The position numbers and the translations under genes are program-made. This document shows positions 55,401 to 64,000 of a stretch of DNA of 64,000 nt, piece after piece (the first letter of the stretch is position 1; the number at the start of each line of letters is the position of its first letter). The DNA is taken from positions 96,001-160,000 of the forward strand of contig CAVQBK010000001.1 in the NCBI GenBank assembly GCA_963710755.1, read 5' to 3'. The stretch is from an uncultured bacterium (GTDB lineage Bacteria; Oederibacteriota; JAAXVQ01; JAUVAV01). The notes under the pieces are model-generated. The model made no database searches and had not been told where the DNA came from. It worked only from the letters and a program-made list of their open reading frames with translations.

Positions 55401-58400
55401 TATTGGTTGGTTTGTTTTTTTTCTATTGCATTTTATCCAAATGTTGGACTTGGAAACCAAGCCCAATCTTGGATTGTCCCTGCACTCGGATAGAGCGCCG
55501 CCGGCCACGGTCCTTATTCCTGCTTTGGTTATAACAATTCTAGGCATTACTTTTCAAATGTTACCTCTATCGCCACTTGGATTGGGTATACACTTTTTCA
55601 TGAATATCATTTCGCCTTATTTGGCTGAACATATATGGCTGCCTTTGAGAAATTTGGCCTTTCATTTTTTTATACAAAAAACAAACAAAGCCGCAGGCCC
55701 TAGCAGAGGGAGCAAATACTATCGTTTGGTGCTCGTTGCCTCTATCGTAGCTTACCTATTTTGGTTGGGAGGGCTTCTCGATCTAATTGTAGGGTGTTAT
55801 TTGGTTTATCATTTTATGTCGCCGGAAATCCTTACCAGGGCAAAAGCAGCCGGTACGCCACATGATCGGGTATTTGCCTTGAGGAAATTCGAACTGTCGG
55901 AAAAAGCAGAAAACAGTGTGAATTTAATTGCTGCGGATTCAGAAGGAAACATTGCCATCGCCCCCAGAGTGGCTACGTTTTCTCCTTACCGGCAATATGT
56001 GATTTTGGCTCAAATTTTAATGGGTCCCAAATTTTATTTATCCACCTTTTTAGGGAGATTTCTTACACCATTAGTTGGTGTGTATTTACTGGTACAAAAT
56101 AAATTGTATCATTATCAAATGATGGAGTTTGCTCAAAAAATTGAAGATACAGGTCTTTTGCATGCCCTTATATTGATTGATAATCAGAGAACCATGAACC
56201 GATTTGTGCGAATGGCCAAGCAAGATCGATTTGGATTATCTCGGTTAGATCTCAATGCCGATAGTGCCAAGGAGTTGTTGGCCCGCTTCGCTGATTTTTT
56301 AGAAGAACATAAAGATGACAAAAACGGGGATGCATTGTTGGAAAAGACCAGGGCGCTTGCATCGGCTTTTACTAAAGCCATGGATGTCCTGTTGGTAGAA
56401 AACACCTATCACTACCCAATGACTTATGCTAACGATTTAAAGATTGTGGCGGACGAAACATTGTCGGATGCATTGGCTCCCGCTGAAACTGTTTCCGAGC
56501 CTTTACTCCATCAACTTCTTGGTCGATATGAAAATGCCAAAGGACGATATTTCATATTCAGAAATAAAGAACAGGCTATTGCAGCTTTTGACAACCAAAG
56601 ACGGCAAGGAAACCGCTTTCAACATCAAAGGAAACTGATTGAAACTTATTTTACTGGTTTGCAATTGTTCGCTCAGAAACCTAGAAAGCTGAATCGTGAA
56701 TACATCAAAAGGATGTTTGAGATAGTTGGAACAATGGTTCGGGAAACGAGTGGTATTTACGAAAATATGCGCATGTTGGGAGAAGATCCGGGTAATAGAA
56801 TAAAATTAATGACAGACAAATTAGATTATTTCGAGAAAAGAATAAGCCGTATTCCGGATGAAGAATTGAACAACGCTTCAACTTTTGAATTCATCTTTGG
56901 TAAAAAAAGATGGATTACTTTTAACGATATCCAAACCTTGGCTCAGTATATGGATTTTTTACAAGCCAATGGGGTTTTGCTGCTTAAGGGTTCTCTGGAG
57001 AAGGTGGCTCAACCGCCCTTGCAACTGCGCTTGGAAGGCAAAAGAGTGAGAATGATAGACATTGATGAAGGTCCGATGTTTGATAAAGGCGGTGTCCACA
57101 GCAAGGTGTTAAGGCGTTTTTTTTATGGGTGGGATATCCCGGTCAATGCTATTGATATTCAACCTACTGTTATTTTGTATAGAGATATGATCATTGCTGA
57201 TCTTAACAGGGAAAGACATCAATTTGGAGATGATGCTTATCAAACCGGCCATTGGATAGACATACAATGCAAATTGAAGGCTCCTTCGGAAGGAGGGTTA
57301 ATTAACATCCGCTATTTGGAGCAAAATGCCAGCCGGTCAATCGCGATTCAGAAGGTACTAAGAGCATTAGGATTTTCCACACAATATGAACATAAATTAC
57401 TGACGGCCCAATTTAACAGTATTACCGGGGCCAGGAGTATAAGTGATATCGAAAACGTCCTTCCTGTGGTTGTTAAGTTGTTGTTGTCGACATGGGACAA
57501 CGATGAGTTTATAGATAACGAAAAGCGCGCTCATTTGGTGGCCGATAATTACTTGGCGACCCGTCAAATCATACGCTATAGCCGGTGGCCTTTATTAAAA
57601 ATTGATGAAAGAATAAGACAACTTATTAATGCGCGTATGAGACAGCTAGGGTTGAAGACAAGATACCCAGAAGAGATCTTGTCTCAAGGTAATTTAGACC
57701 AATATGTGAACGAACCAATCGAACATGCATTAGAAAGGGATGAATTGGAATGGGACGCTCGTAGGTCACGATTGGTTCTTAATCCGGATTACAAACCGAT
57801 GGAACGCTTGCTGAAAGATTTAAATGAGCCCGTGGAAGCTAAAGAATTATTAAAAGCGGCGGAAATTATATTGCCTCTTTATGAAAATGTCCGTTGGGAT
57901 GCCATTGGCGCAGTCGGGAAATATTTAATGGAAGTCGGTGTTTTTCGGGATGAAAATGGCATTGCTTTTGTTATGACCATCCTAAAGGACATTCGGACCA
58001 ATGATATTGCTTTTGCAAGGGTTTCATCAAAAAAATATCCGGGTGTAAAAGTCGGTGCAGATGAATTGCGTGAGATGGTTAGTTACAAAATTGGTCATCA
58101 ACTCAAGCCGATTGAGGATATCCCTGATGAAGAAGTGGACAATTATTTGTCGATGCTGAGAAAGCCATGGAGAGACAGCTATGGCGGGAATGCTACGGTC
58201 TATCCCGGAAAAATTATCAGTTACGGACCCCGAAAAACATTGCTCGAGGCATTACGAGTAACTTTTAACCCTGAAAATAGTCAGGGAAAACTCTATATTA
58301 CAGAAAATCTTTCTCCTGATAATGTGACGTTTATGCCGGGCTTGGGGGGCGTTTTGCAAGAAGGGACATCTTTACTTTCCCATACGGCCGTTTTACTTCG

Positions 58401-61400
58401 GGAGTTTAAAATACCATGCTTAAACTTGATGAACATGGACATCATCTTGAAACCGGATGGGACAAAATGTGCACGCTTGGAAAGTTACGAACCAACGGAC
58501 ATTCATGTAACTGCGGAAGGATACCAGGTAGCCCGGAGAATAATCGAACGTTCTTATAATTTGGAGGAAGGGCAATTTGTAATATTTAATCAAATGGCTG
58601 GAGAGATAAGCTTAGCGCAAGATTTCAAAGATTTATTGCGCTTACTGAGAGACAAGAAGAGGAGACGAGAAGAGGGGAGAAAATTAGCCAAAGAAAAGAA
58701 GAAAATTATTCATGAATACCAAAAGAAAAAGCTGGCCGATGACACAAGATATTTTGTGCGAATTGGTGATATGAAAAATAATGAAATTGATGCCACGGGT
58801 ACGAAAGCAAGAGAAATAGATCGCCTGCAGCATGACGCAAACGAATTAGACTATCAAATCCCTCCGGGAATAATTGTTACGGCGAAATTCTATGAAGACC
58901 TCATCAGTAAACACGGTTTGAGAAAACCATTAATGGAGCTCCTGAATAATACAAGACTTTCTCCAGAAGAAGTAGCACGACAATTTAAGCAAATATTGCT
59001 GGCGGTAATGCACCAAAAAAGTCCGTGGTTATTGGAACAGGAAGAAAGCCTTGAAAAGGCACTAAAAGCTGTCGGTGGTAATGAGCAGTGGTGGGCCGTA
59101 CGTTCGGCAGGAATAGAAGAAGACCAATTAGACCATTCCTTTGCGGGGCTCGGATTAACGGACTTATACGTTCACAGTGACCATATCATGGAACACCTCA
59201 TATTGAATGTGGCGGCTTTGGCCGAACCAAGTGCCATGAAATACCGGCAGGAAAACGGGCTACAAATTAGAAGGATATTACATTCAGCGATTGTGGAAAA
59301 AATGCAACCAGGGCAGGTCTCGGGGGTCACCTTTAGCAAAGATCCGGTAACAGGCGACAACACGCATTATGTGATTACGGCCGCCTTTGGATTGAACGAG
59401 GGGATATTAAAAGGTCATGTAGCAACACCAGATGAATATTTGGTACGTGCAGACAACAATCACGAACAAGGGAAAACCATTGGCGACAAAAAATTTAAAG
59501 TAGTGCCTGATTTAGATCATCAGAATGTAAAGGTTGTAGTCAATGAAGACAATCCGCGCGAACGAGCATTGTCACGTGAACAAGTTAGTCGCTTGGCCCA
59601 TCTGGCTTCGGTGTTGAAAAACCGGTATGGCCATTGTGATTTTGAATGGACAATCTCCGATGGTCAATTGTATTTGTTCCAGAGAAGACCGATCACTACC
59701 GGTCAGACCAAAGAGGGGGATGTAGAATATCTGACAAAAACAAATGACTTTCAGAAAAAATATTTTAAAAAGAATGTATTTGAAGTGTTGTTTCGTCAAG
59801 AAGGAAATGCTAGAGAAATGATCGCGATATTGTTAAAACTGATCCCTTCACTTGGCGTGCTAACGGGATTGTTCTTTTGGAATGTCGGATATACGATCTT
59901 GGGCATAGGGGTTATAACGATTGGAATGCTCATAATTATTATGGGAAAAATATTGCTAACCCATGACTACGCCCGCAACGGTAATGACGAGAAGGGTATA
60001 AGTGCAGACGCTAAATCGGGTTTGCCCAACTGGTTCGACGTAATAAAATTCCTGATTGCAACAGCTATTGTTTTAATTTTGCTGAGTTTTTCGCCATGTG
60101 CTTTTGGAATGATGGAGGGTATTACCCAAACAGGCAGTGTGGTGGTGGTTGGCATTGTTGCGACGATAGGATCATTAACCATTTTAGCCCGGAATTTTAA
60201 GCCTATTATTTTTGACGATAAAGGTCACCGCCATGGTGTTTTTGATGGCTCCAAAAACGAGAGTAGGGACTCACAGAGAGCGAAAAAAGCGATAGAAACA
60301 TATTCCTCCGAGGATTTGATAAAAAGTAATCAAGCCGTTGATTTTAAAAACTACCAAAAAGATGGCAGTAACCTTTCGTTGGGTGCTTTGGTCAATCAAT
60401 TGCTCGATTTTTCTGCGACCACCGAAGATGGGGGCAATGGGTTTGTTCGCTGGAATCCCGCTAAAGCGATGTTCAAAAAACTGGGCGATCGGTTTGTTTT
60501 GAAATTCATTCCCGGACGGGCCAAGGAAAGCAATCGCCGCGCTGCCGGCCAAAGTGCTGTTTTAAATGGTCAAAGAGGGTCGTTTTTATTAAAAATAACG
60601 CCTCCATTAATCATTGGCGGTATTGGTATGTTTTTTATATTAAACGTATCACCTTGGTTTGGGATTGCCTTTATGTCAGCCTGGGGGTTGGCTTATTTTA
60701 TTTATAAAAAATTGGGTGATAAGCCTGTGAAATCGACCGTAGAGTGGCTAGAAGATTTAAACAGATCCCAACGCCAAAAGCCTTTCTGGACATGGCCTAA
60801 ATTATTGCTTGCCGTGGCGATAATAGCAGCCGTGGCAGCCTATTTTAATCAGGATATTATATCCTTATACCACTTTTTATTTTTTAATATCGCTAGTGTT
60901 TTTGAGGTAAACCGTTTTTCCAAGACCGGTCAAGCAGCTGCCACCAGCACAGCTTCAACTAAAGATCTAACGCAGCAGGTGGCGCCGACCAGTCCTTCAG
61001 AAGAGGTCCAGCTTGATGCCGTAATTCGAGCTCAGGGATTTAATCATCAAATATTAGGTGCCTTGTCAGAGCAGTCAAACACGCCCTGGCAGCAGATCTG
61101 GCTCAATCTAACGCAATACCTCACCAGCCGCTGGATGATGAGTATTAGGGGGCAAGAAGATAAATTACAGGGACCAATTCAGGAAAAGGACCAGCAACTT
61201 ATTTTGAATTTGTTTATAAAGCATTATATCCATTCCGTACCGCAACTGTTTGGCCTTTTAGGGAAAAACGTCAAAATAGCCATGGCCAAAACCACGGAGA
61301 CGAACAATGAAGGGATGCTCCACTTTGATGCGGCCACTAAAACTTATAGTTTAAAACTGCCGGCTTATTGCTTCAACAATCAGGGAAGATTAAGCAAATC

Positions 61401-61788
61401 AGGTCAGTGGCTGCTGGGCATGACCATGTCTCAAATCCGTATGGACGAACAGAAGCAAGTCGACGTGAATTATAATAGGGAAGAACTCCTCGTTGCTCAA
61501 CTGCAGCGACTCGTACTTGACCATCAGAGCCTGAAAGATGCTTGGTTAAGCCATTTAGACCAGGGAAAAGAAAATAGTCCTAATGGGTTAATGGTCGTCA
61601 TTAAGTCCGAGGTTTACAAACATGATCTCACTCAATTGCAGCGTGAAATTAAAATAATTGCTCAACAAGCTAAAAAAGATAGTCTTTTACAAAATGAGTT
61701 AAACGCTCTTCTCAAGTCCATTGCAAATGGGGATAGGCATCGCCAACGTCAAAGGCATATGATGAAGTATGTTAATCAGGCGGTATAA
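49411..61788 (+). CDS. Giant (~4125 aa) multi-pass membrane protein with two tandem phosphohistidine + ATP-grasp (PPDK_N-like) dikinase modules
   Basis: Single 12.4-kb ORF, RBS gaggag at 49397-49402. Motifs LLSH...REFG/K.P, AVRSAG..ED..SF.G, SGV.F, GLNEG, DFEWTI and LYLFQRRPIT each occur twice. Four hydrophobic blocks. Confidence 0.88.
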   Translation: MALYQQPVFQRRKSMIFQIKACALITIASFLLPIVSWAFEPATYGINQPALIHFNHLAKPLAIPENLGNVRESFQGSDKVIVSIEDLHCNYEVQKNIAGLISYLAKTQHLKLVGEEGAFHRVDTSVITSFPVDRIREKVSDYFVRQGKMTGAEYVAAVNHTPIILEGIESPQLYLASEKVVHTFLNAESQGYIYDLRALLEQLKKTVYSKALMEFDRKRQAYRTGHLTLLHYAAFLGKTALHHGLTPADYPALDQYLQGHEGGFSSDQLIQEMDDLDAKLRGFLYQDPKERQMDEAWQRVDLMEKLLNISATQKELAAFRQERSAFTVSSMAAALASLQQSQSEHRVLSMDPELYQLDNYLKQAETFYHLADRRSKAFVDKLLAKMEDHHQNLAVMINGGFHAQEVLKDLKKRGVSYIAIRPRLTHPDVLNPYFELLQGRQTPLEKLLAKHQKIMALRSGFEEITFKGLLLVALKPFGLLLRKRRMPLILSGNLERALETFQRKNETLFKLASEFTPQEYMKYHLPSGIIAYHTEINQTKSILLIVPTRKVDQSKLQLQRVLEYEIYSDFTFIHLNNFNRDLNDDESLDAQMRKTVNTVIAKSTNTGLDFYQIIKNAFKSINNRPLSWRHFVFPASGIDLKGLYTPFAGFDINKVMTSAMQISVRCSLYFGILAIAWMTVVDKNEFVKWMMSVGAVVLGSLTANLFGSGSVNLSTPSGLAQVIEETGILNICNYLDDKTSCSKFREMANNYNVPFLAGPDGDTILHGMVNYFHKLQTEGDIKKIRSALKEMKKISSDFFKQESVVIVTNNYYTNMETINGLSLIGDEPLMNVLNSEHQRKDVLLDKVYRSLREGRHRFIFWKKEEADQQSVEKRKEAQSVLDSHIRLIEANFQALPMMSQEQEKMTRARLELILRIVKTMVEESAAVYNSMRSPSFNPDRQINALRGKLEALTRAISDLPENQLDGKSAYNLIYDPTPWHNFADVHSLSQFINFVHQNSFDILKSSLDALHYHPLNLKVHGKKVRLIDVNPEIQFDAGGIHSKALGLFLNGFDVTVGFAINPIIIIYKDMVIADLNLEQARFVNDATDSGHSIDVQCKLAPPDEGGMIKVRHVEHNRSRALMIQTIMKALGAQSDYNPTRLNHVLTIRLDKDHGARSAFHIEKNLTLIVKVLMSIWDNDLLLDDDRKAVAAAERFLTTHQIGHFETWKPIILNEEQREKINNRLKHLRLEGTVTAGRLTQPILEKYVNGPIQHALARGELEWNKNETRLKRNPNYRPIDRLVKDINKRASAKEMIQSAEAILPILDNVNWEPVGSVGQYIAEIGTFYDSKGKAYVATILRDYQYNDIAFARVTLKTTPGKRMSSSTVRRLIGSKIGHELKPIEAIADEELNNSLALLTIPWKKTEVPGLTMFQGRTMGANKTGQNRLILPVTFRAEDSAGKLYIAQSLKPEDVTFIPHLGGIIQEGTALLSHVSVLVREFGVPSINLPNMNILTTDEGKKICYLENFEPLRQVPTRDGYWISRTIRKHIHVLTEGQRVMIDAGSGALVVSEKTSGNTDLLKLAYGTRSKKYSRPVRRQGGKGVKINNPIVPKTSTIRRLGNEMSTYVRIGELESKDYPAVGPKAEQLDQLAKNAETMPYEVPGGIVVTAKFYQDLLEKNGIEEKLTRLLNEQTMSPQEVAKQFDDVLQDLLENKTKWLEEQEKKISTFLKGIDPDERWWAVRSAGLIEDTKDFSFTGLGITDLYVHRDHVLEHVILNLRSLASPSAVAYLRENGLSLKGLFHSVIVQKMQPGDVSGVAFTSDPVIPSDHVVINAAYGLNEGIVSGIVAQPDEYTVDENNYHEVGKKIGNKRLKVVPDPDNQNVQIMMVQEGARERALTRRQVALLARLAKKIKERYGDSDFEWTIDKGKLYLFQRRPITTKGNTNIKNGRSMTGGSWPWMRSLWLRAGLPGRLYDQWFAWLLENGISQIVGTPALGMALIIIDLITNSHLGGLSEATIGWFVFFLLHFIQMLDLETKPNLGLSLHSDRAPPATVLIPALVITILGITFQMLPLSPLGLGIHFFMNIISPYLAEHIWLPLRNLAFHFFIQKTNKAAGPSRGSKYYRLVLVASIVAYLFWLGGLLDLIVGCYLVYHFMSPEILTRAKAAGTPHDRVFALRKFELSEKAENSVNLIAADSEGNIAIAPRVATFSPYRQYVILAQILMGPKFYLSTFLGRFLTPLVGVYLLVQNKLYHYQMMEFAQKIEDTGLLHALILIDNQRTMNRFVRMAKQDRFGLSRLDLNADSAKELLARFADFLEEHKDDKNGDALLEKTRALASAFTKAMDVLLVENTYHYPMTYANDLKIVADETLSDALAPAETVSEPLLHQLLGRYENAKGRYFIFRNKEQAIAAFDNQRRQGNRFQHQRKLIETYFTGLQLFAQKPRKLNREYIKRMFEIVGTMVRETSGIYENMRMLGEDPGNRIKLMTDKLDYFEKRISRIPDEELNNASTFEFIFGKKRWITFNDIQTLAQYMDFLQANGVLLLKGSLEKVAQPPLQLRLEGKRVRMIDIDEGPMFDKGGVHSKVLRRFFYGWDIPVNAIDIQPTVILYRDMIIADLNRERHQFGDDAYQTGHWIDIQCKLKAPSEGGLINIRYLEQNASRSIAIQKVLRALGFSTQYEHKLLTAQFNSITGARSISDIENVLPVVVKLLLSTWDNDEFIDNEKRAHLVADNYLATRQIIRYSRWPLLKIDERIRQLINARMRQLGLKTRYPEEILSQGNLDQYVNEPIEHALERDELEWDARRSRLVLNPDYKPMERLLKDLNEPVEAKELLKAAEIILPLYENVRWDAIGAVGKYLMEVGVFRDENGIAFVMTILKDIRTNDIAFARVSSKKYPGVKVGADELREMVSYKIGHQLKPIEDIPDEEVDNYLSMLRKPWRDSYGGNATVYPGKIISYGPRKTLLEALRVTFNPENSQGKLYITENLSPDNVTFMPGLGGVLQEGTSLLSHTAVLLREFKIPCLNLMNMDIILKPDGTKCARLESYEPTDIHVTAEGYQVARRIIERSYNLEEGQFVIFNQMAGEISLAQDFKDLLRLLRDKKRRREEGRKLAKEKKKIIHEYQKKKLADDTRYFVRIGDMKNNEIDATGTKAREIDRLQHDANELDYQIPPGIIVTAKFYEDLISKHGLRKPLMELLNNTRLSPEEVARQFKQILLAVMHQKSPWLLEQEESLEKALKAVGGNEQWWAVRSAGIEEDQLDHSFAGLGLTDLYVHSDHIMEHLILNVAALAEPSAMKYRQENGLQIRRILHSAIVEKMQPGQVSGVTFSKDPVTGDNTHYVITAAFGLNEGILKGHVATPDEYLVRADNNHEQGKTIGDKKFKVVPDLDHQNVKVVVNEDNPRERALSREQVSRLAHLASVLKNRYGHCDFEWTISDGQLYLFQRRPITTGQTKEGDVEYLTKTNDFQKKYFKKNVFEVLFRQEGNAREMIAILLKLIPSLGVLTGLFFWNVGYTILGIGVITIGMLIIIMGKILLTHDYARNGNDEKGISADAKSGLPNWFDVIKFLIATAIVLILLSFSPCAFGMMEGITQTGSVVVVGIVATIGSLTILARNFKPIIFDDKGHRHGVFDGSKNESRDSQRAKKAIETYSSEDLIKSNQAVDFKNYQKDGSNLSLGALVNQLLDFSATTEDGGNGFVRWNPAKAMFKKLGDRFVLKFIPGRAKESNRRAAGQSAVLNGQRGSFLLKITPPLIIGGIGMFFILNVSPWFGIAFMSAWGLAYFIYKKLGDKPVKSTVEWLEDLNRSQRQKPFWTWPKLLLAVAIIAAVAAYFNQDIISLYHFLFFNIASVFEVNRFSKTGQAAATSTASTKDLTQQVAPTSPSEEVQLDAVIRAQGFNHQILGALSEQSNTPWQQIWLNLTQYLTSRWMMSIRGQEDKLQGPIQEKDQQLILNLFIKHYIHSVPQLFGLLGKNVKIAMAKTTETNNEGMLHFDAATKTYSLKLPAYCFNNQGRLSKSGQWLLGMTMSQIRMDEQKQVDVNYNREELLVAQLQRLVLDHQSLKDAWLSHLDQGKENSPNGLMVVIKSEVYKHDLTQLQREIKIIAQQAKKDSLLQNELNALLKSIANGDRHRQRQRHMMKYVNQAV
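51565..55170 (+). repeat. Giant-protein module copy 1 (~1200 aa)
   Basis: Colinear with 56128-59700, from LAQVIEETG to QRRPITT. Confidence 0.9.
56128..59700 (+). repeat. Giant-protein module copy 2 (~1190 aa)
   Basis: FAQKIEDTG to QRRPITT. Confidence 0.9.
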
Positions 61789-62242
61789 ACAATGCTGGCT
61801 CTGAACTTCTATGTCAGCGCTGGTCCAAATCAATTTTCAAAAGAAAATAATGGTTTGAAATCATTGGAAATGGATAAATTAGAGTGGAAAACTGTACTCT
61901 GACTTTACCTACCTTCTGCGAACCCAGAAAACATACCTTACTTTAATCAATTATTCAAAACCACTTGATGCATAATAAAATAGGCAATACTGTAAGTTAA
62001 ATTAAACTATTTTTTCACATATTATCCTAGTGGTTTTCAACAGCTTATTAACATTGTTTATAAATATGGATCTAAATATTTTTAATACAATATATAGTAC
62101 TTACTCCAAATAATAGTTCATTATAAGGTGCTATCATAAAATCAATCAATAATCCCTATAAAATCATTAGTGCAAAAAAGTTGGTTAAAAAATTGCTATA
62201 TATATTAAACTGAAAGAAAAAAGACATACCAAGGAGTGGAGA

Positions 62243-63766
62243 ATGTCAACGGTTCTAGTCGTGGATGACGAACAGGGTATAAGGGAATCTTTAAACATCC
62301 TATTATCCAGCGATGGGCATGAAGTTGTACTCGTCGAGAATGGGAAATCAGCCCTCGACTATCTTAAGAATGAAACTGTGGACGTGGTATTGACAGATAT
62401 TCGTATGCCTGAAATGAATGGTCTTACTTTGCTAAAGACCATTCGCAAGGAATGGCAAGACCGCATTCCGGTCATCATCTTAACCGCCTATGGGGCCATT
62501 CCTTCTGCAGTGGATGCAGTGAAGGAAGGCGCGGCCGATTTTATTACCAAGCCTTTTGATATTGAACGTTTGAAAACAGCCGTGACTGAAGCAGTGGATT
62601 TGCGCAATCAAGCACTCAACCAAGCGTTTAAAGAAAATGACCAAGAAAACAAGTTTTTAAAAACCATGAACCAAAAACTAGACCGCGCTGTTTTCGAATT
62701 GGCTATCCTGCACGAGATCGGCAAAATCATCAATTCCACTCTTGAATTAAAAAAAATCGTCTCCATCATCTTGGAAATGACCCGGCAGGCAGTTAATGCA
62801 GACCGTGCCCGCCTGGTATTATTTAAACCGGATTCCAAGGACATTGAAATGGATCTTTCGTATACGGTTGATGAAAGCATTGCCCGCCGTTACTCTGTTT
62901 TGGATAATTATGCCATGGATTGGGTATTGAAAAAAGATGAAGCTTTATTGATCGAAGATATCACGCAATTGAGTTATTTCAAGACCTTGCCGGGATCCCA
63001 CAATGGTTTGCGCTCTTTCATGGTCGTGCCTTTTAAACGCAAAAATCATACCGTGGGGGCCATTCTTCTGGCTAAATTCACATGTAACGATAAATTTTAT
63101 CCTGAAGATTTTCGATTTGTCAAAACTCTGGCCAATCAGGTGGCCATTGCCATCGAGAATGCCCAACTGTACAACGAGCTACAGGTTCATTTCGGAGAAA
63201 CAATTCGTGCCCTGATTACAGCTATAGAAACCAAAGATGCCTATACCTATGGCCACTCTGACCGGGTCACAGAATACTCAACCATGATTGGCAATGCCTT
63301 GGGACTTGATTTTCTTGACATCCGAAGACTGGAATATTTGGCTCTGCTTCATGATGTGGGTAAGGTTGGCGTGGACGGTCAGATTTTAAGGAAAACCGGT
63401 AAACTTGACCATCAGGAATGGGAAGCGATCAAGGATCATCCTAAATTAGGCAGTATGATTATCAAGCCTATTAAATTTTTAGAAGACGACGGTGCGCGTA
63501 CCATCCGTCATCATCATGAATGGTATAATGGTCATGGTTATCCTGATGGCCTCAAAGGAGACGCGATTCCAATTTTTTCGAGAATCATTGCTATTGCCGA
63601 TGCGTTTGATGCGATGACCAGTATGCGTCCTTACCGCGGCAGTCTGGCTGTGGAAGAAGCATTGAAAGAATTGAAAAGGTGCGCAGGGGAACAGTTTGAC
63701 CCTTCGCTTGTGGACCTGTTTTGCAGTTCTTATGCCAACAAACCGGCATCAGAATCTAAAAAATAA
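62243..63766 (+). CDS. REC-GAF-HD-GYP phosphodiesterase response regulator
   Basis: VVDDE, TDIRMP, KPF; GAF domain; LLHDVGK, HHEWYNGHGYP. Confidence 0.93.
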   Translation: MSTVLVVDDEQGIRESLNILLSSDGHEVVLVENGKSALDYLKNETVDVVLTDIRMPEMNGLTLLKTIRKEWQDRIPVIILTAYGAIPSAVDAVKEGAADFITKPFDIERLKTAVTEAVDLRNQALNQAFKENDQENKFLKTMNQKLDRAVFELAILHEIGKIINSTLELKKIVSIILEMTRQAVNADRARLVLFKPDSKDIEMDLSYTVDESIARRYSVLDNYAMDWVLKKDEALLIEDITQLSYFKTLPGSHNGLRSFMVVPFKRKNHTVGAILLAKFTCNDKFYPEDFRFVKTLANQVAIAIENAQLYNELQVHFGETIRALITAIETKDAYTYGHSDRVTEYSTMIGNALGLDFLDIRRLEYLALLHDVGKVGVDGQILRKTGKLDHQEWEAIKDHPKLGSMIIKPIKFLEDDGARTIRHHHEWYNGHGYPDGLKGDAIPIFSRIIAIADAFDAMTSMRPYRGSLAVEEALKELKRCAGEQFDPSLVDLFCSSYANKPASESKK

Positions 63767-63915
63767 CGTTGTCTGTAAAGGTTTTTATTGATCATTGGAA
63801 AGGATAGGAGAGGGATAATCATTGGCCGATTATTCCAGAAAGCACCATTGAAAATAGCATTTTTCTAAAAGGGCATTAGTTCAAATTCGGGTGACCAATA
63901 CGGGGGGGGACGACT

Positions 63916-64000
63916 TTGAGTGGGAAATTGCTTATCGTAGATGATGAAGTCGGGATTCGGACTGCTTTGGAGTTGTTACTGGAAGAAGAAGGCTATTTGG
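63916..64000 (+). CDS. Response regulator N-terminus (truncated by window edge)
   Basis: TTG 63916 reads MSGKLLIVDDEVGIRTALELLLEEEGYL. Confidence 0.75.
   Translation, partial: MSGKLLIVDDEVGIRTALELLLEEEGYL

Noticed and set aside
49411-61788. Annotating the giant gene as ppsA (PEP synthase)
   Set aside because: The domain order is reversed, no PEP/pyruvate-binding barrel motifs were seen, and the protein has many TM segments.
63806-63832. GCCGATTA sigma28-like -10 element
   Set aside because: No acceptable -35 element at the expected spacing.

Overview
Bacterial chromosomal window, mostly + strand, of moderate GC. The gene content suggests a poorly characterised lineage, possibly an Elusimicrobiota/FCPU426-like candidate phylum (inference; the complete 16S can settle it). 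From left to right: (1) the 3' end of a histidine kinase; (2) a ~5 kb AT-richer island bounded by a 46-bp direct repeat of the kinase 3' end, carrying secreted/tail-fibre-like, methyltransferase and DUF2079 genes; (3) coaD with an opp-type peptide ABC operon; (4) two degenerate REC-GGDEF paralogues flanking tRNA-Leu; (5) a GH35/42-like protein that appears to lack its catalytic residues, a ROK kinase, dtd, an SbcD/SbcC-like pair, a MotB-like gene, rsfS, a DUF62 gene and a GAF-HD-GYP gene; (6) a complete rRNA operon (16S-Ile-Ala-23S-5S); (7) PilZ, methyltransferase, GT2, ferredoxin, glnS, DUF362, HDOD and GNAT genes; (8) an IS1182-family element with a DUF559 passenger and nested inverted repeats; (9) larE-larB-(SprA-like)-larC and an SDR; (10) a 4126-aa giant membrane protein with two tandem phosphohistidine + ATP-grasp dikinase modules in reversed (GWD-like) order; (11) a REC-GAF-HD-GYP regulator. 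The best candidates for undescribed biology are the giant tandem-dikinase protein and the repeat-bounded cassette island. All calls come from reading motifs by eye; no database searches were run.
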